A stretch of 63,425 nucleotides of DNA, filler included, from Choristocarpus tenellus KU-1152 (Eukaryota > Protista > Phaeophyceae): NCBI GenBank assembly GCA_964200185.2. It is 12 parts of 12 records of this genome, joined end to end, with 100 filler letters (N's around TTAATTAATTAA, not from the genome) between each part and the next. Parts side by side here need not be neighbours in the genome. Positions count along the whole stretch, not along the records: positions 36,751 to 46,682 come from CAXNAD020003269.1; positions 46,783 to 56,426 come from CAXNAD020003509.1; 10 more parts are not named here. One strand, written 5' to 3'. The notes under the pieces are model-generated. The model ran no database searches. It was not told the DNA's origin and saw only the letters and a program-made list of their open reading frames with translations. Every line of letters starts with the position of its first letter. The first letter of the stretch is position 1. Positions 38,645-52,100 of this stretch are shown here, one piece after another. The position numbers and the translations under genes were made by a program.

Positions 38645-41600
38645 TGTCAGGTGCAGGTCACCTTTTTTGGGATCTCCGATATTGATGAGGATAATACGTG
38701 TGGTCATATACATTTGCGCGCGTCACCTTTTGCAATTGAGGACAGGATAAGTGATGTGTTGTGGGTCAGACGCACGACTGGCACGCGGTAACCCCGACAT
38801 GAACGGTGGATTCAAACCAGCAAAGCCCGAGATTGTGTTTCTGTCTGGCTGGTCACAATCAATCACATTGAAAATTGGTCCACACTGAGGTTGTCAACAT
38901 ACACCCAGCATGCCTCAGTCTCATCTTTCACTTCCTTTCTGAACCTCGTCTCTGGTAGTTCTCATACCCCCCATCACACAGAACCAGGTCCCATTACATT
39001 TGTACTCACGCCGATCTGTGTTGGGGTTCATCAGAGATGTAGGGCTACGCCACAACGGTGGACAGGAAAGAAGTGCAACCAATTCAAAGGGTTGTTGACC
39101 TTGGTCAGAAAGTCGAGACGACTTCGAGAAATAAAGGAAAGCGTAGGGGGAGAGGAAGGATAATCCAACATCTCAAAACATGCTGATCCTGAGCCCAGTC
39201 AAAAGCGCTAATATATCCTTGGCGACTCCCTTCAACAGGATAGCTGTGTCCAATGCCTGCATGACGGTTTCAACGTAACCCAGACCAGACCCTCTATCAA
39301 GCGCTGACCGAAGATGGCGAGTACAAGGAGGACCAGAGGTTCGATATCCTCAACAAGTTCCTTCATTTAACTCTCTTATGTCTAACACAGTTTTAGAATT
39401 TGAGAGTGTGGAGGCCAACCTCAATCACTGCTACGACCCTATCAAGGATAAACTAGCAACATAAGAGGAGTATAATGTCCTACCCTACCTTGACCACAGT
39501 GAACCGGGCGAAAAGTGAACGAGGGCCAGTCAAAAATAGGGGTGCCTTGTAGAATCTGTTTCCCTGGAATTTTGTAGGGTTAGGAAGCCATAGCAAAACT
39601 AGGGACTTGTTTAGGGCAGACTCAGATGTTGAAGAGGTAGCACCTAAGACACAACACGTAAACAGTTAACGTCAAGCACATCAAAAGTTGCCACAAGCAG
39701 GACATGTAACAACTGTTGCATCTTCTCTTTTTCCTCACAACATCTTTTGGGCGTGGGTGACGTTTCTTTTACACACCTCAAATGTGTTGTTCCATTTTTT
39801 TATACTATTGGCACACATCAGTAATCCAACATTATTCTAACTCCCCTCACGTGCTGAATGTTTCATCTCGCTGCGTACGAATTCCTGGGGGTATGTAGAA
39901 AATGAACCCTTCATGAACATTATTGTTGATAATTCTACCGACATCCCAGTAGTATCACTCAGATACATTGAATCCCACCCAACACTTTGCAAGGCACCCA
40001 TTCAGGAGATTCCAACAGGTGCCCTGAATTTAAAAGGAGCAGGTGGTGGACCTTTATCTGTTCCTGGTTTCATTCAAATCCCACTACGTCTTGGTGACAT
40101 ATCAATGCTGGTCCAAGCAGTTGTCGTACCTATTCTGGGAGTAGATAAAATGTTATTGGATAACAGCATTATGTCGGCATTTGGAGCAGTGCTAGACTGG
40201 GATAGAGAGGAAATGTCGTTTAAAGGCAGTGATAAATGCATCCCAGCAAAACAAAAAATTGTACCCCTTCCCATCTGTTCCCCCCCCATGAGATATTCGC
40301 CTGACTGAAAAAGCAACACCTCATTTTCAGTTCCAGTGATCACATCTGAATTTATTACACCAGTACATGCAGTAAAAAAGATACACATCCCCCCTGGCAC
40401 GGAAACGCTGGTTCCAGTTTGTTCTCAGGCATTCCGAGGAACAGCTACCGATGCAGTGGAGGAACCTATGATTTATACTGGCATGGACCTTCAGCAAGAG
40501 GATGACATACATCCCCACTGGTAATATATTATGGTCAGTCGAACCCTCACTGGTTAGGAAGAAGATGCAGGATGTTTAGTCAAAATTGCCAATCTTTCTC
40601 GAAAAGGGGCCAAGTTACCAGCAAATTTGGTAGTTGGTCACGTCTCCCCTGTATCAAAAACATATCCCCTTTCAGATGCCACCATAAGTTCAGTTGCAGC
40701 CACACCCTCTACTCCCGAAGAACTGAAGCAAGCTAGGGGTGAAATAAAGGTATTTTCTAAGAACGCTTTTGCAAATACACAACTGACACTTTCTGAACAA
40801 GAGGAATTACTAGATATTGTGGCTAAATTCAGACCTGCCTTTTCATTATCTGAAAAAGAATTACGTTGTTACACCACTAATTCTGTTGAATTTCCACTAC
40901 AACCAGGTACAAAACCGGCTAGTAGACCACCGTATCGTGTGGCACCAAAAATATGCGACACTATTCGGCAATGTGTACCTGCTATGGAAAACCAGGGCGT
41001 TATAAAACCCTCATCTAGTCCATGGGCATCCCCTGTTACCATTGTTGCAAAGCCTGATGGATCTCCTCGATTCTGTGTGGATTTTGGAGGAACCACAAAT
41101 AAACGTTTGATACAACATAATTCATGACTTTTACCATCTATGGATGAGTGTTTATCCACTTCGAGGGGTTAAAAATATTTATCTTGTTTAGATATCCAAT
41201 CAACCTCTTGGCAACTACTGATAACTGATTAATGCGAACGACAAAAAACTGCATTCATCACACTAGATGGGAAATAGGAGTTTCAGAGGTTACCATCTGG
41301 AGCCCAAAACGCACTGTGGATCTTCCAACGCTTACGTCTGAAATATTTTCTGCAATCGGTCCTAGCTCTGGGTTATTGGTATATTTAGACGATATTGTTT
41401 TGGCCTCTCTATCTTGGGCACTGCATAAACAGTTAACCAGTGCAGTACTGTCAACGTTACATACTGTAGGGGCTACATTAAAGCCGCCCCAAGGCTCAAA
41501 ATGGCTCTAAGCAAATATATATTTTGGGATATGATGTTAGTCCGCAAGGAATCGATGTATCTCAAGCTTGTATTTAAGCTATCTTAGATATGCATCCCCC

Positions 41601-42285
41601 TCAAACGGTGAAAGGCTTACAATCTTTCAGCAACAGAACCGTTAGTTGGGTTGATTCACCATACCCAAAGGGGAAGTTCAAAAAGAGATCATACCACCTT
41701 AAAGCGATCAAGAAAAGACCACAATGATATCTCATCTAGATGACTAGAGTGCGACCTAGGACTGATCAACACTATGCTCCATCTTTTCATTTTTCTTTGC
41801 CCTGAGTTGATTAAACCAGGATGTTAAAAAAAAAATCTCCCAAAGATGGACCTGTCCGACATGAAGTGCTGGCCAGCCAGTATTGTGTTGGTGTCGGATA
41901 GAATTCACACTGGGGGGGAGTAATGTCAGGGACAGGTCACCTTTTTGGGATCTCCGACATTGTTGAGTATAATACGCGTGGTCATATACATTTGCGCGCG
42001 TCACCTATTGCCATTGAGACCAAGACAAGTGATGTGTTGTGAGTCAGACGCACGACTGGCACGTGGTAAACCCGACATGAACAGTGGATTCAAACCAGCA
42101 AAGCCCGAGATTGTGTTTCTGTTTTGGCTGGTCACAACCAATCACATTGAAGATTGATCCACATGGCACTCTGAGGTTGTCAACACACAGCCAGCATGCC
42201 TCAGTCTCATCTTTCACTTCCTTTCTGAGCCTCATCTTTGGTGGTTCTCATCACCGCCCATCACACAGAACCAGACCCCATTACA
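38645..42285 (+). mobile_element. Internally deleted Ty3/Gypsy LTR retrotransposon with both LTRs (38645-38998, 41924-42285) and a 4-bp TSD GTTG
   Basis: Direct repeats TGTCAGG...CATTACA flanked by GTTG on both sides; [12 protein letters not shown] before the 3' LTR; protease-like IIVDNSTDIPVVS; RT PSSSPWASPVTIVAKPDGSPRFCVDF and LLVYLDDIVL with frameshifts. No RNase H or integrase. Confidence 0.93.
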
Positions 42286-43919
42286 GTTGTAGTATTATCG
42301 GATGTATATGTATATATGTTGATGAGCGATCAGGGTCGTATTGCATCACCTTCAAATTAAACAAGACTGATATGACCGTAGAGGCGATTGCGAGCACCAT
42401 ACCTCCTTGTTCTACTCGGCCTTTCCTCAATTTGGGAGAAAAGTCAAGATCGTAAAATTCGAAGAAAACTCCTGATGGTAATAGATGAACAGTTTCCAAC
42501 AGAAAAAAATGTTGATATGACTCTTCGACTTTTTTTGTTACAAGTTCCAATAGTAAATCAGACAAAATATATAATCCAAACAGTCAATTCAACTCAGTTA
42601 AAACTCAACATTTCTCGTATACAACCAAGCTTTCTGAAATCTGTTTGAAATTGATCGAAAGCTGAGACACACACAAAACTGGAAGAGTAGGAGGACTAGG
42701 GTCTGGTTGTGGATCAGCGCATCAATGTCAATGGTATCCAAAAAGAAGGCCATCATGCCCTGCAGGTGCATTGGACGTGTGGGGGTTCAGTCATGTACCG
42801 CAGGTAGAAGGTTTAAGGCGAGTTGACCTTCACGAAGTGTTTTTGACAAGTTGATCGCATGCATAGGTAGAGAGAGAGTCCTTTTTGTTCGTTCAACAAG
42901 TATATTTCGAATCCCAAGTCTGCCATGTTGAGATTGTTCCTGAGAGTAGACGAAGTGTGGTTTGGTCAAGTGCTCTTGTAAGAGGTCAGTCGGGCAAACC
43001 ATTGACACTCAAAGCTCAACAAGGAGTTAATGAAGACTCTCTTGCCGATCCGTCACCTTGTTCTTGTGTTGTCCACGAAATCCATGCAATTCATATTTAC
43101 TTGCTCCGTGCCTGCCGAGCTAATCATAGGGAGGGGTCACGGTTGCAGCGGTGATAACTCTAGTATGCGTCTTTCTCGGCCAGAGGAAAGGCGTGGGTGC
43201 CAGCAAAACCACCAACAACGATGGTGATACGCGACTAGAGATAAACCCTCAAGGAGGCGAAAAGGTTACTTTACCAAGGACCAACCGAACAGTCAAGAGG
43301 TAGGCAATGAAGGGAATTGTAACGATTTTTTTTTTGACAATTTGGTTCCAACTCGTAGGAATTCTCTCCTGATCTGCAAATCGATGGACCATAGCACGCA
43401 GACTCAAATTACACAAACGGACCCGCACATCTATGAACGCAGGGTTGGTCCGTTAGACACGTCCAGCGGCCCTCCCCATGAGATCACAAAAGAGACACGC
43501 TTTTCGCAATTTATGGATGCCCTTCTGCTTCAGGGTGAGAACATGACCGTACCGCACTTTGTCGACAACGACACCAACATGGGACCCGTGATGTGAGCTT
43601 GCTTCTCCGTCGGTGTAGCGTGCATGAGGATGTGCATCATAATATCTTGTTTCTTGGTTTTTTATCAAATGTTTCTACTTGGGTCTAGATATGTTGCGTG
43701 AGTGTACCTGGTGTGTGTCTTGTGGTAGTGGATGTCAGCCTTTCACTTCTAAGGTTTCTGTTCATAATCTGCAGTAGCAGTGACTCCAACATATGAATGG
43801 GATCACACCATCAGACCGAACTGTATGGATCTCTATTGATACACCCCCACCCCCCCCACCACCCCCTCCTCAACTCCATCTTCTATCATTCTTACCTGAA
43901 ATTCAATGTTCGGCAACAG

Positions 43920-45635
43920 GTTACAATGTGTCCGAACAGGTGGGGAAAGTCACCGCACGTTCTACAAGAGGTCCTTTGGGGGTTGGCCGGAGGGCAAAAA
44001 CGGACCTGAGCATGTGGGAGTTGCACTGCGTTCCATTTCCAAGGTGCAGTATACTTTCTTGGGGATGTAGTCCTGTTGATTTGAGGGGTGGGTTATTGTG
44101 AGGATAGGTCTTGGTGGATGGTTCAGTGGTGCAGTAAATCTTGGGATAGGGTTAGGGTTCTGACAGACGGTTGTTTGAACCTTGGTATAATTGGTGATTG
44201 CCACTTTTGAAAACCGCTGGATTGTGGGGCAGAGTAATGATATGAAGGGAATGACTGATGGTAGAGAGTGATCCTTAGCATCTTCCAGGTTTACTTGAAA
44301 GTCATACCTTCAGGCAAGGTTCTATGCCCTATGTGGGGAAGGAGATTTTTCTTATCTATAGTAGTAATTGCAAATAATAACAATGTAGCTTCTTTATTGC
44401 GTGAGGTCTGTAGGTCTTGCTTATCGCTTGCTCTTTCCTCTTTGCACAACACTTCTAAAAAAAAAAAAGCGATTGCAACAATCAGAAAACAAGATATGTT
44501 GACATTTTGACCCCTTTCTGCATGTAATGGTACAGTATTAATACCATTCAAACAGTACACAGAACACAGTCAGAAATCATTGATAATGAGGCATGCAACT
44601 GCTATACTCTTGATGATTGTTCAGTTACTCTGTGCAACACTCTTTTTTTTTCCCTCTACGCCCTAACCCTAAGCATTTTTGTTTGTTACAAGCACTATGT
44701 TGCTGAGTGCAGTAAATGTTTACTTGCTCTGTTCAGCTTCAGTTCAAACAGCTTGGAGTGTTTTTTTATGCATCAGGAAGGCGTTTCACTCGACTTTGCA
44801 GTGGGTGGCATAGAACATTCAGTCTGTGTTATAGCCCAAAAAAGTTTTGCGTTACCCTGTTGTGAGTTCTTGGAAGACCTCATAAAAAATATGTGTGATA
44901 CCATCTTGTGCATTTATGTCTTGCCCGACAAACTGTTCGAACTGATGCTGAACATAAGAAAGCAGCACTTAGCTCTGATTACCAGATTAAAGGGCGTTGC
45001 AGAGAGTTGAGGAGAAATATTAAAAAAGATTGTACACACTTTGGAGTACATACACATACACAGCGAAATAGTCCTTTCTTGAAATAGGTTATTTTTCCTC
45101 TTTTTTTTTGCGGGGACCATCACGTTACTCCTCAAGCGCTGCAATAACACACACCAACAATGTGTACCAATGCAAACTATGGTAGTGATTAATCAGTTGG
45201 AAATATGGACATACAAGGCATATGGTCTATCCACGCCATCCAAGTTCCTGGCAACCCTAGACCTTGCATTCGATGGAAAGTTCTTAAACCCCTTGTAGTT
45301 GGAGGGTTAATAACCCACCTCCTTGTTTTCAAAGGTAATACACCCCACAATTTTTATAACATTGCTCTCGTTGTTGGGGCCAACAACCCCGGGGCGCTGC
45401 AGATATTGATTGCTACAGCATTCATGGCACTTACCGAAAGTCAGTATGGAGAGCCTACAACAGTGGGGCCGGACAAGGAGGGAGGGGGAGGCCCTGCTCT
45501 CTCCCTTGGTGTTGAGGTGGGCAATATCTTTCCCGAATGCAAGGGAACAGTGCTGGAACACGCCACGATGGAGGACCTGTTGTCCATGTCGTCTGGTCTT
45601 GATAATCGAATCAATGTGGTATGGTCGATTTCAAG
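43920..45635 (+). CDS. Beta-lactamase-family (PF00144-like) serine hydrolase, two internal exons (43920-44043, 45403-45635)
   Basis: Phase-0 join ...TFYKRSFGGWPEGKNGPEHVGVALRSISK|ILIATAFMALTES...VGNIFPECKGTVLEHATMEDLLSMSSGL. The catalytic SxxK is followed by a hydrophobic helix and the TxxxLLxxxSGL motif. Confidence 0.78.
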
Positions 45636-45950
45636 GTAGGAGTGTGATGAAGGGATCCCTAGTGTAGCCGATTTGGGCAGAGAGGTGAAGGGAGGTATGT
45701 CGATAGGGGGAGATGGGGAAGGGGGAAGAAATGCCTTGTAGTCCACTTGGATCAGATTTATTGGAATGGAGTGCATGGACTGGACGGGGACTGGTCAGGA
45801 TTTTGTGTTCATGTGTGTGTGTGTGTGTGTGTTCTTGGGGACGAGGTAATGACTGTGCTGCTATGGTAGGTTGAACTGTTTCCCTGATCTCTTCCCAAGA
45901 CTAGATTTTGAATGTTGATACTGCAAGACTATATTCCATACGATGTTGTG

Positions 45951-46083
45951 CTAACCCTCACCCTAACCCTAACCCTAACCCTAACCCTAACCCCTATATT
46001 CCATACAGTGTTGTGCGTCTGTTGACATTCATTTCTGATCCCAAGTAGAATCCTAACCCTAACCCTAACCCTAACCCTAACTC
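45951..46083. repeat. Interstitial telomeric repeats (CCCTAA)n, two runs; many shorter runs elsewhere
   Basis: ctaaccctcaccctaaccctaaccctaaccctaaccctaacccc and cctaaccctaaccctaaccctaaccctaa, both internal to a contig. Confidence 0.9.
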
Positions 46084-46629
46084 TGGCATATACAGAGCGA
46101 GTTGATTCGTCCAAAATGGAAGGAGTGCCCACTAAGATTAAGGCACTGACTCCAGCTTTTTTTTTGTTTCAGAAGCTATTTCTTAGGATCGATTTGAACC
46201 CTTGATAAGGTACTCCAGAACAAGAATCAGACATCAAACAAACAAAAAGGTTCAATTTTGACAAAGATAGGTCGACAAACTAAGAATAATATAGACTTTT
46301 TTTTTTTACATTGAGATTTTTTAATTGCACCATGATGACGATTTTACACATCAGAATATATGTATGTATATATATATATATATTTTTTTTTGAACAGTTT
46401 TTACGAAGCTTTACATTTTTCTTTTTATTAAAGTATCAAGGTGAAGGGCAACTCAACGTGTGCGATCCCTACTTACTCCCAAGCAGTTTGTTGAGTCGAC
46501 TATTTGGTTCTTGTGATGATAAAAAGGAACAGTTACGTGTGTTGAAACAATACGAACCGGTAAGTTTCTTCCAGATTTATATGCAAACATGCGTTTTGTA
46601 ACTACTGCACCAGGAGTAGTGCATTCTTC

Positions 46630-46682
46630 GGCTCAAACTATCTGGGGGGGGGGAGGGGGGGGGGGGTGACTGTCCATTCGGG
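46630..46682 (+). mobile_element. MITE family B, left end at contig end
   Basis: GGCTCAAACTATCTGGGGGG...GTCCATTCGGG. Confidence 0.75.
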
Positions 46683-49104
46683 NNNNNNNNNNNNNNNNNN
46701 NNNNNNNNNNNNNNNNNNNNNNNNNNTTAATTAATTAANNNNNNNNNNNNNNNNNNNNNNNNNNNNNNNNNNNNNNNNNNNNCATACATATAAGCATGCC
46801 AAACCATTACCGGCTCCCCCCCCGGGGGTCCCGTCTGTCCTTGCACCTTTGGCTTGGTCGTGGTCGCTTCCAAATAGTAGCGGTGCCCTCCACAAGCACT
46901 GAAATATTTTTGACCAAAAATATATCCCACTCGTAGCGGGGCCCTTCAAAAGTGTCATAATATTTACAAAAAATAACAAACGGGCACTTTCCGCGCACCA
47001 TTCCGGGTCTCACTCATCCTCCACAAAAAGCTCCATCATCAATTTTGGTGATCAGCTGTTAGTAGGAGTTGCCCTCAGATTGGAATGTATGGAAGTCATA
47101 AAAGTCTGTGATTAGTCAATATTACAAAGACAACTTGATATTCTCGTGCAAATATGGGTCATTATTGTTACAACAATAATCCAAACGCCCAGAGAAACGA
47201 AAAAGTATCCCCAACTTGGAGTAATTGCTTGATAGTACACATTAGTACAATGCATGCAAGGTAAAAGAGCTGTTGCGCAACCTGTGTCCTCAACTATACA
47301 CTGCAACTAACTTAACATGAATCAGCACGTCTGCAATTCCTCTTGTACATGCCTTGCTTCTTGATCATTGGATTCAGCCACCCCGCCATTTGTGGACTCC
47401 ACCACCTCCATCGAATCTAGTGTGTGTGCACTTGCGTGGTGGTGTCATTTTGAAAATGAAGTAGCAATCATGTCCTTCCACTGTGCAGGGTAAATCTGAA
47501 CTGGGGTAAGAGTTTGCCTGCGATAGTCTCATGGGATAGATTCGTGGTAAACATCAAAACGAAATTTCCCATGATCAAATTATTCTGTGATCATGGACTG
47601 TGGTCCTAATCCTGGGCACTTCAGGGTAGAAGCATGATTGGTGTCACCCACCACACTCACACTGTTTGGAAGACCAAGACCTCGTATTTTCCAGTAAAGA
47701 GCTTAAGCATCTGGTAACTTGTCGAACAGAGTACTACACACCACTATTACAAGCTAGTAGCACCAATAAAGAGTGGTGGATCAGGACAGGACCTGCAGAA
47801 GAGGGTGAAAGAGACCAGCTGAGCCAGAGGAATTGATAGGTAGGCAGGTTTTGTCCCTTCGGCATTCTAATTCATTTTTTTTACCCTGTTCAATACACTG
47901 GATTTCATTTCCTTATGTGCACTGAAGTGTACGCAAAATTGATGTTCCCCTGTTCCACACACAAATTGACATCTCAATTCACCGAAGGATCTTTCTGTTA
48001 TTGTAGAAAGCGGCATATTTCTACCCTTTCTTAGGATCCTTGAAATTAAACCCTGTCTACCTCTCAATTGGTTCAGCTCGACCACCCTATCAACCATGGG
48101 GGGTATGAGAGGTTGCCACAGCGGAGATACGACAATCACTGGTGAAAGGTGCAACCCAGTTGAGCGATAGGCTCGAGCTGGGGCAAAAACATCAAAAGGG
48201 AAAAGTCCGTCGGGCAGACAACAGTTCAGCCAGTATTCAGGGTCAATCTTGGAGACAACTTCACCTGTAGATGCAGAAACTAGTTGCAGCACATCTAGAG
48301 GACAAGCCCACCAACATAGGAACAACTATTAGCTCTTTCTGGGGGTGATGGTAATGGAACATTCCTAATTGACTTGAGGATGTGAAATGCCTTCACAGAC
48401 TATATGCTTCTAGAGACAGACAACTCAGGGTGGAAAATTGGGTCACATGTTGCACTTGACCTCTGACGAATTTGGAGAGGTAGAGAATCTTTAAAGTTGT
48501 CTAAGAGGCCATGTATGCATATAATAATATTATGTTTGAAGGAGCAGAGAGAAATAGAGTGCAAAAGTCGAAGGAAGTGGGACAAGAGAGGTACTCCAGA
48601 ACAAACGCAATGCAATGGAAGATCACAAGATGAAAGGTAAAGAACCTCACGAGCTCGGGTGCTGATTCTTGATTCCAAAAGGCTAGTTTGCCATATTTGT
48701 ACAACGCAGCGTTTTACTGAGATATGTTCTACATTGTCGTTGTCATGGGCATTGACCTACAACAAAGAAGGGAACGTAGTGCCAATTTGTGAAAATAGCC
48801 ATACAGTCCTGTCTTGTATACAACTGCACAGTGCTTGATTTTCATACTGTAACAAACACTTCATTAACAAAATCTGCTTGCGCCTATTGTCCTGTTCTAC
48901 TGAAAGAAATATCACACACATGCACAAGAAAAGGAATCTGAAATTCTACAAAACTTGTGAACTGGAGACAGTCAAAAGGAAGGCAGTATTTTCAGATGCA
49001 AGTGAGGTACAGCAACGGCTCTTATGGACCCTTCCTGCTACAAGCCCCTTAAGTGGCTTTGTTGTGTGTGTAGCCTTGGCCTTGGTCACATATGAGTAGT
49101 GACC

Positions 49105-52100
49105 TCACAACTCTGGATGCGCAAAGAGCTTCCCGTATAGCTCCATGGCACACACAGGAAGAGCAAACCCAGCACTGTTGAGATGAAAAGGGGTTGTGGG
49201 TAGTACAAGATAAGAATTTCTATCCAGACATGAAGACTACAGAAGGGATATGGTACAAAAAAAAACGCATCAACTTACAAACCAAATCGTCTATATAGTC
49301 AAATGGAGGCATTCATCCTGGAACGCCTCCACCCTGTTTGGCATGCTGCACTGACCAGTCACAGAGGCACAAACAAAAAATTAGCCATCTTGCCTGCTGT
49401 TGGCCCCAGTGCTTCGTAGTCGCAGGAATCGGTACGCCTTTCCCATGGTGTTCACCTTCCATGTCCCCACACCAAAGGGAGATGGCAGGGAAGGAGGCGA
49501 CTCACGCACATCCTGGAGTAGGATTACCCACCTAGGTACATGCACATGAAAGACAATTATTGGCTAATGGCAGGCTCGCAGTTCCCAGGAAATTGACAAG
49601 TCCAGACAAGAGCATTGGTGTAAGTTCAACATCACGTGGGCAGCTCTACAGAGAAAAACTTCAATTTTTCAAGAAGTGGAGGAGAAAGAGTGCCTGCAAA
49701 GTATCACTGCATAAATCCACACCCACAGGGAGAAGTTTAAGTGGTGTGATGACACAATTCTTGGTTGTGGTAAACTGATTGAGCATATATAAGCATTGAT
49801 ACAATGGAGATATCAGGATGCCACCACCACCCCCAAGAAAATATCAATAGCAACCACAACTCCACTTTACAGATAATCTCTCTAAATATACCACGAGAAA
49901 TTGAGATATTTTCACAGGGAACACCACTGGGATTATACATCACCCCTTCGACCACATCTACAAGCCATAAAGCGTCCAACTGTTGATTAATATGTGTGTG
50001 TGTTTGTGTGTGCACACACAACACCAGTGGTAGTCAAGCTCTGTAGCACCCAGAGATCCAACAGACTATCACAGGGCTAACTTCAATACTAGAACACTGC
50101 AGCACAAGACCAAACCAGTATTTGCTGCTCTCACATCTTGATGGACGAGTCATATCCTTCACATACCCAGTTCACAAGATCACAGCCACCCTGTGGTGAC
50201 CCATGGCAGAGAGAGTAATGGCTTAGATCCATGCTCCTGACAGATTGTTCAGGGGCACAACAGAAGAGAAATATTAAGGTGGAAGAGGACAAAAATGTTA
50301 ATGTCAAAGTGCACCCCACACTATTGAGAGTAGAAAATGATATCAAAGTGCATCCCTTACAATGGCATTCTACAGCTGAAAATGTTGTCTTTCATTTGCA
50401 CACACCTTCCCCCTCAACCCTGGCATGAACACCAACAGGTCTATTCTGTTGAGAGCAAAGTAAGAGGACTGGGGAATATCATTACTATAAGATTCTGTGC
50501 ATATATTAACCCTGCAAGGAGTTAATCACTCTCTTCAATATCACATTCTGAACAAAGTACCACAATCACACCAATAGCAACCGTACACGCAGATTGAAAT
50601 ACGCCTCCTCACTCCTTGAAATCCCTGCTGAAATACAAAATCACAATTCCGTGTCCCTTCCACTTACTGATTTTTCCCCACATCGAAACAGATCCAACTG
50701 TCTGCCTTGTCAGTTGTGGAACATGGCACACGCTTACGAGACACTAGAGTGGCCTCAGACCCCTCCTTCAGACCAGAGCTTGTCACCCACAACAGCCCCA
50801 GCTCATGAGGGTTTTCGAATTTTTTTTTGTGCCTGACGGAAAAGGAACAATTGTTCCGAGAACAACAACAACGAGTGAGTAATCAGTCTTGTCTCTTAAC
50901 AGTCTTGTCTCTTAACACAATAGAGTGCTGTACAAATACTGACTGCATGAGTGTCCAACTGGAGATGCCTCGAATCAAAGGAAACGGGATGGACAATACC
51001 CATGCTATCAGCTACACTAATAACTGAAGTACTTCCCACTTCCCACTTCCCCTAACCCTAACCCTTACCCTAACCCAACCATACAACTGTGTGGATCAAA
51101 TCTACATTTCTTTTGCATGCACATCTCTCAGAACACACGCACCTAACTGAAAAAACAGGCGGTACAACCCAACTTAGGGTTAGGGTTAGGGTTAACTCAT
51201 ATACAGAATGATATCCCCAACTTGCCTTCGGGTTCCCAGCCAGTAGACTAGCCCACCATTGTCCCCATCCCTAGTGTATTGGAAATGTGCCAAGCTCCCA
51301 TCCTTTGCATCAAGTGACCGCTGCTCAGGTAGCGATCCTGCATACACCACTGGGTCTAACTTGAATGAGCGTACATGGTCCCCCCCTGACAATAAGCAAC
51401 AACCACAACAACCACAAGTAGAGAGGATCCCAATATGATCACATGTCAATCCCACACCACACTATTATTTGAGTCAAGAGTGCTGCTGACCTAGCCACAG
51501 CAAACATTAATATCAAGAAATAGAGGTCTGAAATCTCACCCAAACCCGAACCCTTTCTCCTCAGTACAAATAATACTTAAGATCTTCAAGCAACAAAGGA
51601 GCTAGAAAATATAAAAAAACATTAAAACAAAGTAAGCGCTTGACAAACACTCAAGAGGCATAGTACCCTCCAAAGTCTTCAAATCTTCCTCAGCATGCAA
51701 AAAGATGGAAAATAACTCTAATCCCTTCTCACCCTCTGGTGGTCTTTCCTCTGCAGATATTCTTGTTGGTGTGAGATCCTGTCCCCCTGCCGTTGACCCC
51801 TTCTCACCGCCCCTGGAAGCCCCTGCCCTGTCCCCTTTAACCTGCCGCCTAGCAAGTCATTATCCATTGCCAAGTGTATACAGGAGGAGGTATGGTTCTC
51901 AACTGACATTCTCATGACTCAGGGTGGGTTGTATTGTAGCAAGTAGAAGGGAGGAAACTATTCACCCTTCAAAAGAATAATAAGAATAATATAACATGCA
52001 CCTCACCAAGCAAGCCGTTTCACCTGTGGTGGTCTCTAGACCCGCTCTAACCCTAACCCTAACCCTAAGTATATTACAAATGCATACTACAGTACACTAC

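Noticed and set aside
42290-43620. Short ORFs flanking the Gypsy 3' LTR
   Set aside because: No recognisable motif or consistent splice pattern.
47100-48740. Decayed coding-like region as a transposase or Fanzor/TnpB
   Set aside because: No DDE, RuvC or convincing zinc-ribbon motif could be read in any frame.
49105-51385. Calling the minus-strand gene a HECT ligase (HECTD1)
   Set aside because: Only the discoidin-like module is shared. The gene stops right after it, and the upstream exons are GED-like.
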